Source: Octopus sinensis (lineage: Eukaryota). Taken from it: DNA of 64,000 bases. This document shows, piece after piece, positions 50,733 to 63,028 of the stretch. The position numbers were made by a program, and so were the translations under genes. Under the pieces are notes generated by a model. That model made no database searches. It was not told where the DNA came from and saw only the letters and a list, made by a program, of their open reading frames with translations. The stretch is from the NCBI RefSeq assembly GCF_006345805.1, contig NC_043018.1, positions 8,618,001 to 8,682,000 of the forward strand. Reading direction: 5' to 3'. Each line of letters opens with the position of its first letter. Position 1 is the stretch's first letter.

Positions 50733-50792
50733 TTATCACTGACGAAGGGAAGGTTCTTATGAGCTAACCCTGAAATCCGTCCGATATGGTAA
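50733..50792 (+). ncRNA. Type I hammerhead ribozyme-like motif
   Basis: Stem I TTATCA/TGGTAA (6 bp, one G-U), CTGACGA, stem II AGGG-aa-GGTTC-ttat-GAGCT-aa-CCCT, GAAA, stem III ATC/GAT with 5-nt loop, AUA triplet (50784-86). Confidence 0.65.
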
Positions 50793-50931
50793 TAATGGAA
50801 TTTTTTAGAAATTTCTGTCGACTTTTTTCGAGTAACATGCTTATTGTGATAAATTATATGGTTATGGACAATGTGTCTAGTTTCGGCATATTTGGCATTA
50901 AAATTATTTTCGTTTGCCCTTATTTATAAGT

Positions 50932-50967
<36 letters not shown>

Positions 50968-52048
50968 TAATAAACTCAATATATATTTGTAAGAGCTATT
51001 AGTTTCATGTGATGAAAACGGCTCAGAGAGCATGGACACAGCCTGAGGATTTCATGAAGGCACCAGATGTTAAAAAAATGCTGTCTACATGCCCATACTA
51101 GTGGCATGTAAAAAGCATGCAGTACACTCTGTTAAGTGGTTGGCATTAGGATGGTATCCTAATGCCAACGAAATCATACCACTCGCAGCTGGCCAGCTCC
51201 ATGTGAAGCCATCCAACCTATTGCAGCATGGAAAGCAGATGTTAAACAAGGATGGTAATGATACTCTTAGCAGCTCATAAAAGAGTGTCTGTGTGGTAAG
51301 TAGCTCACTCTCCAACCACATGGTTCCGGGTTCAGTCCCACTGCGTGGCACCTTGGGCAAGTGTCTTCTACTATAGCCTTGGGCCGACCAAAGCCTTGTG
51401 AGTGGATTTGGTAGACGGAAACTGAAAGAAGCCCGTCGTATATATATATATATATGCGTGTGTGTGTTTGTGCGTCTGTGTTTGTCCCCCCAACATCGCT
51501 TGACAACTGATGCTGGTGTGTTTATGTCCCCGTAACTTAATGGTTCGGCAAAAGAGACTGATAGAATAAGTCCTGGGGTTGATTTGCTCGACTAAAGGCA
51601 GTGCTCTAGCATGGCCACAGTCAAATGACTGAAATAAGTAAAAGCATAATATTTATCTCTCACCGGATGATGTACTTTTCTTGTTCACTTCACCATCACA
51701 AAGTTGTACACTATATATATATATATATAAAAAGTGTAAAGACCCCCATCGGTCATGAATGACCATGGGATTGCACCTAGAAAGTTACCCTCCTAGACAC
51801 AAGTCCGGGCAAGGTTGTTTATGGAAGACCAGCAGTCGCCCATGCATACCAGCCTCCCCTCTCCACGCCACCAGTGTTATCCAAGGGAAAGACAGAGGTC
51901 ATATATATATGGCAAATACGAAAGTGGCTAGGATACAGAATCAACAGACATCAGCCGATAAACATTCTGGTATGTCCATTTATTCCAGTGTATTAGATGA
52001 ATACATACACATGTATTAGTGGTACAGATTATCAAATAGAAAGAATTG

Positions 52049-52518
52049 GTAATTGCAAAAACAAGGGTGTGGAAGCATACAATCCTATAGGAACAGGTGA
52101 TTGATTGAGCAAATGAGCAAAAGAGTAAAGGAACAGGTTGTCAGTAAAACCGAGTGGGTGTGTGGGTGCTAGTTCCTTAACGGCCGTTTCTGCCAAGAGG
52201 CAACGAAATCTTCCAGGTTATCTCCATCTCTTCAGTGTTATGTAGGGATAGGCTTGGATGATGAATGTGCCTCTGGAGAAGCCTGGAGGCACATTCATTA
52301 TCCAAGCCTTACCTGCTCATCCCTACATAACACTGAAGAGATGGAGATAACCTGGAAGATTTTGTTGCCTCTTGGCAGAAACGGCCGTAAGGAACTAGCA
52401 CCCACACACCCACTCAGTTTTACTGACAACCTGTTCCTTTACTCTTTTACTCATTTGCTCAATTAATCACCTGTTCCTCTCGGATTGCATGCTTCCACAC
52501 CCTTGTTTTTGCAATTAC
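52049..52518. mobile_element. 470-bp fold-back element (about 225-bp inverted arms, about 12-nt loop, ATTG on both flanks)
   Basis: 52049-52273 is the reverse complement of 52286-52518 with roughly ten differences plus a 9-nt insertion in the right arm. ATTG at 52045-48 and 52519-22. Confidence 0.85.
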
Positions 52519-52678
52519 ATTGATGGGATTAAAAAGCTTGTAAATAGATGGAAGGAAGTCATAGATAATCAGGTAAAGTACATTGATGATCAAATTTCAA
52601 TTAAATATAACATTTGATCACTTGTTTTCTTTATTAAAAATTTGGACAGAACTTATGGGATGACCTTATATGTATGTA

Positions 52679-52709
<31 letters not shown>

Positions 52710-52957
52710 GTGTATGTATGTATGTATGTATGCATTCATTCATTCAGTCATTTGACTGCAGCCATACTGGAACACCGCCTTTAGTCGAGCAAATCGCTCC
52801 CAGGACTTATTCTTTGTAAGCCCAGTACTTATTCTATCAGTCTCTTTTTGCCGAACAGCATCGGTTGTCAAGCAATGCTAAGGGGACAAACACAGACACA
52901 CAAACACACACGCATACATATATATATGTATGTATGTAGGTAGGTAGGTACGTACAT

Positions 52958-53640
52958 ACTAGCAGAGACACCTGTCGTTGCTCGGAATTAAAAAGGCATA
53001 GTTTGTATATATTATATTACAGTTATGTTGGAGCAGGTGATATGGGAAAGTGCAGTATTGACAACAAAACATTTGTGGAGTAAATGATGGGTTAATTCGA
53101 CTAAGCAACATGCTATGTGTCCGTTTGGAGTATTTCAGGCCCTAACCTGTCAACGAAAATTGGAGGTGGGGTTATGGGATTTTTGAACGCACCGCAAAAC
53201 TGTCAGTGGATATACTCTCTTTTGCAGCAGTCGGCGCTGTGTCCAACACGACCCATCACCTGAAATGTTGACACCTCCTTCAGGTTTGTTGTCCTTCATC
53301 ACTCATAATGTAAATTTGGAGGAACTGTGGTTGTTCATTTGCGAGTAGCAGGGAACCAATGAGGTGATAGACTTGTTCTTGAACTTTGACGTCGTCGTAA
53401 ATTCTTGTTTGTCTATCTTCTTAGATGCACCAAACGATGTCATTTGCAGAGTTGTATTGTCTGATATTGTTCAGAAAATCCTTTGACTGGATGGAAGTGC
53501 CTTCTAGAAGATCCGTAAGAGGTTGAGAAGGAGCTGCTAGTTTTGGAAAGCATAAGGAATATATATCAATGATGCCTCTTGTTTGCAAAGTAAGATTTTT
53601 AAGCACACAGCCATACCTGCCCCTTGGTTTAACCATCTCT
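52958..53640. mobile_element. Helitron/Helentron deletion derivative with Rep-region remnant on minus strand
   Basis: Terminus CTAGCAGAGACACCTGTCGTTGCTCGG. Minus-strand peptide remnants SKDFLNNIRQYNSA and KVQEQVYHLIGSLL..EQPQFLQIY match the Helitron Rep N-terminal motif. Confidence 0.7.
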
Positions 53641-56600
53641 ATTATCTTTTTCTTAACACATGATCGGCAGATTGAACACTAAATTGGAAAGGTCATATTT
53701 GGAATGACCTTAGTTTTATAATCTAATGATTGTGTGGAAAACCTGAATGCTATTGCACCCAATTCCTGCATTCATTCCCTGTCCCTTGAACTAATGAAGC
53801 TCCTACATGGTGACTTGACCTGCTAGAAACAACAGCTAAATCTCCATATCATCTTAATAAAATAGATAGATTTATTTGATAATGTAGTCCTGAAAAGACG
53901 GGACAGTTGTGGCATTAATGCCTTCAATGGTAGATCATGGTTGACTCAGATTGACGTGGGACTGAGCAACGATAACATCGTATAACGCTTGTTTAACAGG
54001 GAAGCTTATTTACAGCAATAGTGTAATATCAAGAACACACACACACACACACACGCACACACATGCGCACACACACACACACACATACAATAGCTTTCAG
54101 TTTAGGTGCAGGTTATGCAGTGTGGTTGAAAAGTTTGCTTACCAACCATGTGGTTTCAGGTTCAATCCTATAGCATGGCACCTTGGGCAAATGTCTTTTA
54201 TTATAGCCTGAGCCCATTAGAACCTCATGAGTGGATTTTAGTAGAAGGAAACTGAAAGAAGCCTATTATATATATATATATGTGTGTGTGTGTGTGGATC
54301 CTTGTCTTGACACTGGGTGATTGTTGTAAACCAATGTTTTCCAAAGTAGGCGGTGGAAAGTTCCAAGGGGCTGTTGAAGAAAAGTGGGGTGGTGATGGGG
54401 TTGCGATTCATGTAATAATTGGGGTGATAATGGGGTGGAGATTCATGTAAAAGCAACAAAATTATGGGTTCGTTGGGTTAAGTTTTATTTGTGAAATACA
54501 GTTGCTTTGGATTTGCTTCAGAAAGAGGTTTATGTTTGTGATGGTCAGTTGGGGTGGGGTACTGGGAATGTGGCCTGGTATCATGGTGGGGGCGTCTCTC
54601 GTTTTCAATATGATACCAGTGCCGGTGGCACGTAAAAGAACCATCTGAACGTGGTCGTTGCCAGCGCCACCCTGACTGGCCTTCGTGCCGGTGACATGTA
54701 AAAAGCACCAACCGATCGTGGCTGTTGCCAGCCTCACCTGGCACCTGTGCCGGTGGCACGTAAAAATCACACCTGCTACACTCACGGAGTGGTTGGTGCA
54801 AGGAAGGGCATCCAGCTGTAGAAACACTGCCAGATCAGACTGGGTCTGGTGCAGCCTCCTGGCTTCCCAGACCCCGGTCGAACCATCCAACCCATGCCAG
54901 CACGGAAAACGGACGCTAAACGATGATGATGATGAGAAAACATGCCTGGCCGAGGGGAAATATTGCCTCAGTTGGAAACAGGTGAGGGTTGGCAACAGGA
55001 AGGGCATCCAGCCGTAGAAAATCTGCATCAATAAACTCTGACCCATACAAGCATGGAAAAGTGTATGTTAAAATGATGATGATGCTGCTGTTGATGAAGT
55101 GTTTGTAAGCTACAAACAGCTAAGTTTGACTGATTGCACGACAAAGTTGTGGTTGTCTGTGCATGTGTATGTATGGCCATGCGGGGATGTTAGCAGCAGC
55201 TTGTGATAGGCCATATGTTTATTTATTTATAATTTTAAGTATACTCCAGTTATTCAATAATTTTCACATTATAGAATTAGGTCAAAGCAATCTACTTTAG
55301 CTGGTAATTAGCTAAAAACTGTTTGGTTTTTTTTTTGATCATCTAATGAATGTGTATGTGTGTGTGTGTGTGTATATAGAGTGTATGTATGTATCCATGT
55401 ATATAAAGATAGGATTGGTTTATAATCTAAATTATTTGGTTGATATTCAGAGAAATTGGAAGGGTTTTGGATTTTGTCTTTGGAATAGAGATGTAGAGTG
55501 GGAAGAGAGAATGGAAAGATGAGGGGGAAAAAAAAAAAGTCCAGGGGAAATAGACCCCCACCCTTGCCTGTATCATCATCGTCATCATGTTAATGTTCAC
55601 TTCCCCAAGTCCATATTAATTTGGACAGAATTTGTTAAGGTGGATTTTCTATGGCTGGATGCTTTTCCAGTTGCCAACCTTCTCTTGTTTCCGATTGAAG
55701 TAGTATCTCTCCATGATCAGAAATGTCTTCACAAAATATGAGAAGCGGTAACTCTCGGTATTAACCCTTTAGTGTTTAGATTACTGCATGAAAAGGAATA
55801 ATATTTACCTGTTTACATTACTTTGAATTAATCATGCATTATCTTGTAGCTTTAAGTTTTTGATGAAGACTGTGAAGACCTGACAAATGAAGTGAATTCA
55901 TGGCTCGCAGGACGGCCTGCTGTGCTAACCTTGGATCGTAGGGTGACCCGCTGTGCTTGAGGAGACCTATTGAGTCAAGTACATCAACATCAAAATAAAA
56001 ATCAAATGGAAATTGTAGTTGTGATACCCGTGCTGGTGGCATGTAAAAAGCACCATCTGAATGTGGCCGATATCAGCATCACCTTGACTGGTGTCCGTGC
56101 CAGTGGCATGTAAAAAGCACCAACAGATTGTGGCCATTTACCAGCCTCCTCTGGCCCCTGTGCTGGTGGCACGTAAAAAGCACCCACTACACTCATGGAG
56201 TGGTTGGCGTTAGGAAGGGCATCCAGATGTAGAAAAACTGCCAGATCAGGCTGGAGCCTGGCGCAGCCTCCTGGCTTCCCAGACCCTGGTCGAACTGTCC
56301 AACCCATGCTAGCATGGAAAACGGACATTAAACGATGATGGTGATGACTTTATTTTTTAAAACAACATTGTAGAATAGGTGTGAGAGGCTGGGTCTAGCC
56401 AATTTGAACACAAAACAATATTTGGATGGATATGGCTAATGTAAATGTTAAAGTGTTAAGACCTTTATTCTCTCTCTCCCTCTCCCCTCCCTCCCCCCCT
56501 CTCTTCTCATCTTTTCTGAAACATTAGACTTGACATCTTCCTCACAACACAAGTATTTTCTGTTATCTAAACTATTTGTTTTAACTATTTTTACCAACAG

Positions 56601-58315
56601 AGAACATTACTAATTTTATTGGATTCTACTGTTTTACTAAATACCATTTCCATACCCAGACTGTCTCCCTGCAGTGCCTTAAAGGTGATCATTTAGCCAA
56701 GTGCCTGTGCCAAGGGACCAATTGTTCAATGAGAGCTGATCTGGGGCCACACTGTAACAATTACAACAGGACTTCACTTTTTCCCCAGCCCTCAACCGTC
56801 CAGTCATATCACATCCGCATCGACATAAGTAATCTTTGGCTTATCCAGTCACATTCTTTGCTCATACACAATTCATCTTTCATGCAAATTCGTTAAAAAA
56901 AAAGAAGAAAAAGTACTGGGGTTGATTCATTCGACTGAAAACTCTCGAAGGTGGTGCCCCAGCATGGCCACAGTATAATGACTGAAGCAAGTAAAAGATA
57001 AAATTTTCTGAAAACCCATTTTATTCCTGCTTTCTGAGACGCAAAGCGTAACTAACTGGGATTAAGGGCAGGGACCCACAATGCGTACAAGATGTCTTGG
57101 CACAGCTGTTTCGGTGCTGCTTATTCGGCACCACAGATTTCATGCTGACTTATTTGACATCAGACATTCTAATGTTTTTGTTCTCCTTCTCCCCTCCTCT
57201 TCTCCCCCCCCCCTGTGTGAACATGTTTCTATTTATGTATCTGGGAAGAGGGGAAAGTGTTATTATGTCAAGTGTGTTTACGTAATACATTATGATATCA
57301 TCTCACTATCTCTTTGTATATATTTCTGCGCATATAGGTGCAGGAGTGGCTGTGTGGTATGTAGCTTGCTTACGAACCTCATGGTTCCGGGTTCTGTCCC
57401 ACTGCGTGTCACACTGCGTGACAAGTGTCTTCTACTATAGCCTCGGGCCGACCAAAGCCTCGTGAGTGGATTTGGTAGACGGAAACTGAAAGAAGCCCGT
57501 CGTATATATGTATATATATGTATGTGTGTGTATATATGTTTGTGTGTCTGTGTTTTTTCCCCCAACATCGCTTGACAGCCGATGCTGGTGTGTTTATGTC
57601 CCCGTAACTTAGTGGTTCAGTAAAAAGAGACCGATAGAATAAGTACTAGGCTTACACAGAATAAGTCCTGGGGTCGATTTGCTCAACTAAAGGCGGTGCT
57701 CCAGCATGGCCACAGTCAAATGACTGAAACAAGTAAAAGAGAGTATGTGCTTGTGTGTGTGATTTTTGCCTCCAGAGTCATAAAGTACGGTCACCAAACA
57801 CACACTGAACGTCTAGTCAGCCGTGAAAATTGTCTCATTTTCACCTGCAGTATAACCATGACAGGTATGATATAAACTTACATGTTCAAGCCTCTCACAC
57901 CTACCTTACAATGTCATTCTGAAATGACAAGATTGTGTATGATTAATTCAAAAGCAATGTGAATAAATAAACATTACCTTTGACAGTAATTTGAATACTA
58001 AAGGGTTCGCCCGGTTGCTCTATGGTCCTACCCTCTGTAAATGAATGACCTAATTTTACTGCCACTCCCCCCTCCACATTCCTCTCTCCCCCCCTCTCTG
58101 ATTCGAATAAATTTATGAAATGGAAATCTGGATTTCTTTTCATTGCTGTCTTTTTCCCTTTTTTTGTATGAGAAGCACACCTACATTATTGTTTATCTCT
58201 GTATCATCGTCATTTAGTTGACACCTGTCACTCTTTCTGTACGCTCACACACACACATTACATGATACACCTGTCACTACATATTTAATTGGATTCAAAC
58301 AATTTTGTTTTACAC

Positions 58316-58359
<44 letters not shown>

Positions 58360-58374
58360 TATATTACATATCTG

Positions 58375-58787
58375 TTTCTTTACTACCCACAAGGGGCTAA
58401 ACATAGAAGGGACAAACAAGGACAGACACACGGATTAAGCCGATTACATCGACCCCAGTGCGTAACTGGTACTTAATTTATCGACCCCGAAAGGATGAAA
58501 GGCAAAGTCGACCTCAGCGGAATTTGAACTCAGAATGTAACGGCAGACGAAATACCTATTTCTTTACTACCCACAAGGGGCTAAACATAGAGAGGACAAA
58601 CAAGGACAGACAAAGGGATTAAGTCGATTATATTGACCCCAGTGCGTGACTGGTACTTATTTAATTGACCCCGAAAGGATGAAAGGTAAAGTCGACCTCG
58701 GCGGAATTTGAACTCAGAACGTAACGACAGACGAAGTACGGCTATGCATTTCGCCCAGCATGCTAACGTTTCTGCCAGCTCGCCGCA
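58375..58787 (-). mobile_element. SINE B dimer with the same junction as 15925-16230
   Basis: Junction GACGAAATACCTATTTCTTT at about 58548-58565. Single copies at about 28677-28903, 39062-39275, 42726-42930, 61607-61830, 62443-62742. Confidence 0.8.
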
Positions 58788-60184
58788 CACACTCTACCAC
58801 ATGTGTATAGGTATAGGCATGTGGTTCCAGGTTCAGTTCCACTCTGTGGCACCTTGGGCAACTTCCTTCTAGTATAGCCCCTGACTCACCAGAATCACAT
58901 GAACAGATTTGGTAGAGGGAAAGGGGCCAATTACATAGGCATGGCTGTGTGGTAGGATGCTTGCTTCTCAACCACATGGTTTTGGGTTCAGTTCCACTGC
59001 ACGGCACCTTGGGCAAGAGTCTTCTACTATAGCCTTGAACCAACCAAAGCCTTATGAGTGGAGTTGGTAGATGAAAACTGAAAGAAGCCTGTTGTATATG
59101 TGTGTATGTGTGTGCCTTTCTCCCCTCCTCCACTTGACAAATAGTGTTGGTGTGTTTATCCCCATAACTTAGCGATTTGGCAAAAGACACTGATAGAATA
59201 AGTACTAGGTTTTAAAAAAACAATTAGCCCTGGGGTCGATTTGTTTGACTAAAACCCTTCAAGGCCGTGCTCCAGCATGGCCATGATCAAATGATAAACA
59301 AGCAAAAGAATTTAACCTGTGGCCTCTACCTGGGATGTAGCCAATCCACTTATGCATACCTTTCCTTCTTGGGCCACAAAACCCTACTTGTGAAGACCTG
59401 TTGAGGCAAGTGAAAATCAAAATCAAAATCAATCAACATCAATGGAAATTGTAGCTGTGATACCAGTGCTGGTAGCACGTAAGAGAACCATCCGAACGTG
59501 GCTGTTGCCAGCCTCGCCTGGCCTCCGTGCTGGTGGCACGTAAAAAGCATCATCTGATCGTGGCTGTTTGCCAGCCTCGTCTGGCACGTAAAAAACACCC
59601 ACTACACTCACGGAGTGGTTGGCGTTAGGAAGGGCATCCAGCCGTAGAAACATTGCCAGATCAAACTGGGCCTGGTGCAGCCTTCTGGCTTCCCAGACCC
59701 CAGTTGAACCATCCAACCCATGCTAGCATGGAAAGCGGACGCTAAACGAAGATGATGATGATGCTGATGATATTAGCATTTTGAGATGTAGATCTGGCTA
59801 ACCATGGCTAACCACAGGGAACATACAGAATTTTTTATGATCAACAATTAAACAGTTCTTCACTTGATCAGTAAATCCTGGGTTTGCTTCACGGGATTTT
59901 GTACAGTGCACAGAGAATGTAATTAAGGCATCATAAAGGAAAATGATGATTTATACATATTCAGAATTTGTTTATTGCAATATTCTCATTAAATTCCAAT
60001 AATTTAATGAGAATAATACTATAATAGATATATTTTGAAGATGTATAATTTTCCATTCTTCTCTATAATATATATATATATATATAATAACAAAGGGTGA
60101 AATTAATTAATTTATGAAGTAATCAGTAATTTCACCAAGTAGAATTCGGCATGAAAAGGACCATTTCATGGTAAGCTTAAGTAA

Positions 60185-60312
60185 TACTTTATAATTAGGG
60201 TTCAGCTACGATTTGCTTCACCACATACCAAGGAATAGCTAAGATTTTTTGACTGCTATTTCTAAACTTCGGTATGTGGTGAAGCAAATCGTTACTGAAC
60301 CCTAATTATAAA

Positions 60313-60315
<3 letters not shown>
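60185..60315. mobile_element. 131-bp hairpin element
   Basis: About 45-bp arms TACTTTATAATTAGGGTTCAG..GCTTCACCACATACC, abutting a (TA)n tract. Confidence 0.7.
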
Positions 60316-60355
<40 letters not shown>

Positions 60356-62769
60356 TACATACATACACATACACAAGAAGTACTGAAAAGTTCTGGGCTT
60401 TAAGGGTATTGCCAAAGACCTGGATGAAGGCCCAACCTTACAAGTTCTTTTTCAGGGCTTAGAAAAACTGAAGGATCTCTGCAGTAAGTGTGTGAATCTG
60501 AGAAGGGAATATGTTGAATAAAATCATAATTAACCAGTCCTCCTGTATTTCCTCCCCCCCCCCCCCTTGTATATGTTGGCATTGAATCAGTGATACTAAA
60601 CAGATGGTACCAAAACAGCTGTGCAAAAATGTCTTGTACTCAGACAGGAAAGTTTGTCTATTTTGGTGAGCAATACACTTGTAATGCTGCAGTACCTGTG
60701 TACCTTTCATGTAGGATGCAGATGCAGTTTGATTGTTGTTGTTGTTCTTATTGTGCAGCCCCCACTTTTGCCAGGTGTGGCATCATGAGCACTCTTACTC
60801 CCTTTACTCTTTTACTTGTTTCAGTCATTTGACTGCGGCCTTGCTGGAGCACCGCCTTTAGTCGAGCAAATCGACCCCGAGACTTATTCTTTGTAAGCCC
60901 AGTACTTATTCTATCAGTCTCTTTTGCCAAACCGCTAAGTTACGGGGACATACACACACCAGCATTGGTTGTCAAGCAATGCTACGGGGACAAACACAAA
61001 CACACACACATATATATATACATATATACGACGGGCTTCTTTCAGTTTCCGTCTGCCAAATTCACTCACAAGGCTTTGGTCGGCCCGAGGCTATAGTAGA
61101 AGACACTTGCCCAAGGTGCCACGCAGTGGGACTGAACCCGGAACCATGTGGTTGGTAAGCAATCTACTTACCACACAGCCACCCCTGCGCCTGCACATTT
61201 CTTTTTCTATAGCCCTGTGTCACCTGAAGCTTTGAAAGCTCCAGTCTTGTTATATTGTGTCACATTCTAATTCCATCTGAAAATATCGTGAAGAGCACAC
61301 ACACGTCTGTGGAATACTCAGCCACATATAACATGCCCAGCATGCTAACAATTCTGCCAGCTCGCTGCCTTTAATAATAATAGTCCTTTCTACTAAAGGC
61401 ATAATGCCTGAAATTTTGTGGAAGGGGAATAGTCAATTTCATCAACTCCTTGAAAGGATGAAAGGCAAAGTTGACCTCGGCAGAATTTGAACTCAGAAAG
61501 CATCTCAGAGTGTAAGCATCTTGAGAGAAAAGTTGGGCATAAGAGGCATCAGATGTGGTGTACAAGAGAGACAATTGCACTGATATGGTTATGTGATGTG
61601 TATGCGAGCTGGCAGAAATGTTAGCATGCCGGGCGAAATGCGGAGCAATATTTCGTCTGTTGTTACGTTCTGAGTTCAAATTCCGCCGAGGTCGATTTTT
61701 GCCTTTCATCCTTTCGGGGTTGATAAATAAAGTACCAGTTTCCAACTGGGGTCGATGTAATCAACTTAATTTCTTTGTCTGTCCTTGTTTGTCCCCTCTA
61801 TGTTTAGCCCCTTGTGGGCAGTAAAGAAATACATGTGATGTGTATGGATGAGGTCAGCTGTGTAAAGAAGTACTGATCTCCAACTGTGGAAGGAACCTGT
61901 GGTTGAGGTAGACCCAGGAAGACATGGGACGAGGTGGTGAAGCATGATCTTCAAACTTTGGTCTCAGAGAGACCTTCGGTGATATGCTGTGCTTGAGAAG
62001 ACCCACCAAGCCAAGTGAAATCGTAGTTGCGGCTGATGCTGGTGTCACGTAACTGGCACCTGTGCTGGTGGCACGTATAAAGCCCCTTTCAAGCATTGTG
62101 CTTCACAGAAGCTAAGTAGCTGAGCTCCTTTCAAGTGTTGGGCCTGAAGGAGACAATGACCAAGACCTTTGGCACTAAGTTGTGCTTGAGAAGACGTATC
62201 AAACCAAGTAAAATTGCAATCATGGCAGATACTGATGTCATGCAAATGGCATGTAAAAACACCCATTATACTCTCGGAGTGGTTGGCATTAGGAAGGGCA
62301 TCCAGCCATAGAAACCATGCTAAATCTGACTGGAGCCTGGTGCAGCTTTGCAGCTTGCCAGCCGTGGTCAAACTGTCCAACCCATGCCAACATGGACAAC
62401 GGATATTAAATGATGATGATGATGAACATAATGATGGGCGAAATACCTATTTCTTTACTACCCACAAGGGGCTAAACATAGATGGGACAAACAAGGTCAG
62501 GCAAATGGATTAAGTCAATTACATCGACCCCAGGGCGTAACTGGTACTTAATTGTCGACCCCGAAAGGATGAAAGGCAAAGTTGACCTCAGTGGAATTTG
62601 AACTCAGAGCATAATGGCAGACGAAAAACGGCTACGCATTTCGCCCGGTGTGCCAACGTTTCTGCCAGCTTGCCACCTTTGATGGGCAAAATACCATTTA
62701 GCATTTTGCCTGGCGTAGTAACAATTCTGCCAGCTCGCTGCCTTAATAACAAATAATAATAATTATAAT

Positions 62770-62995
62770 AATTAATTCTCTTTATTGGCCACAAGGGCTG
62801 ACAAACATGATTAGAAAACATAAAGGGACAAAAACAGGACGAAAGGTTACAAAAGGTTTTGTCTGTTTTTCGAAAGAAAAAAGTCCGTGTAAACAAGCTT
62901 TACAACAACGAAAGAATTCAACAATTTACAAAACTCCCAATAGAGGAGACGCTTCGAAAATAGGAAAAGGTATCACGTGGAAAAACCCATAAATA
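62770..62995 (-). mobile_element. Second copy of the Tx1-like LINE 3'UTR
   Basis: Colinear similarity to 19225-19430 (TTTATTGGCCACAAGGGCT..CATAAAGGGACAAAA..AAAACCCATAAA). Confidence 0.7.
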
Positions 62996-63017
62996 TTAAT
63001 AATAATAATGAACTTAC

Positions 63018-63028
63018 TGTTTACAGTT
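63018..63028 (-). other. Candidate 11-nt microexon AACTGTAAACA
   Basis: Minus strand: roughly 40-nt pyrimidine tract, TGC, cctaag acceptor, 11 nt, then consensus donor GTAAGT. Confidence 0.35.
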
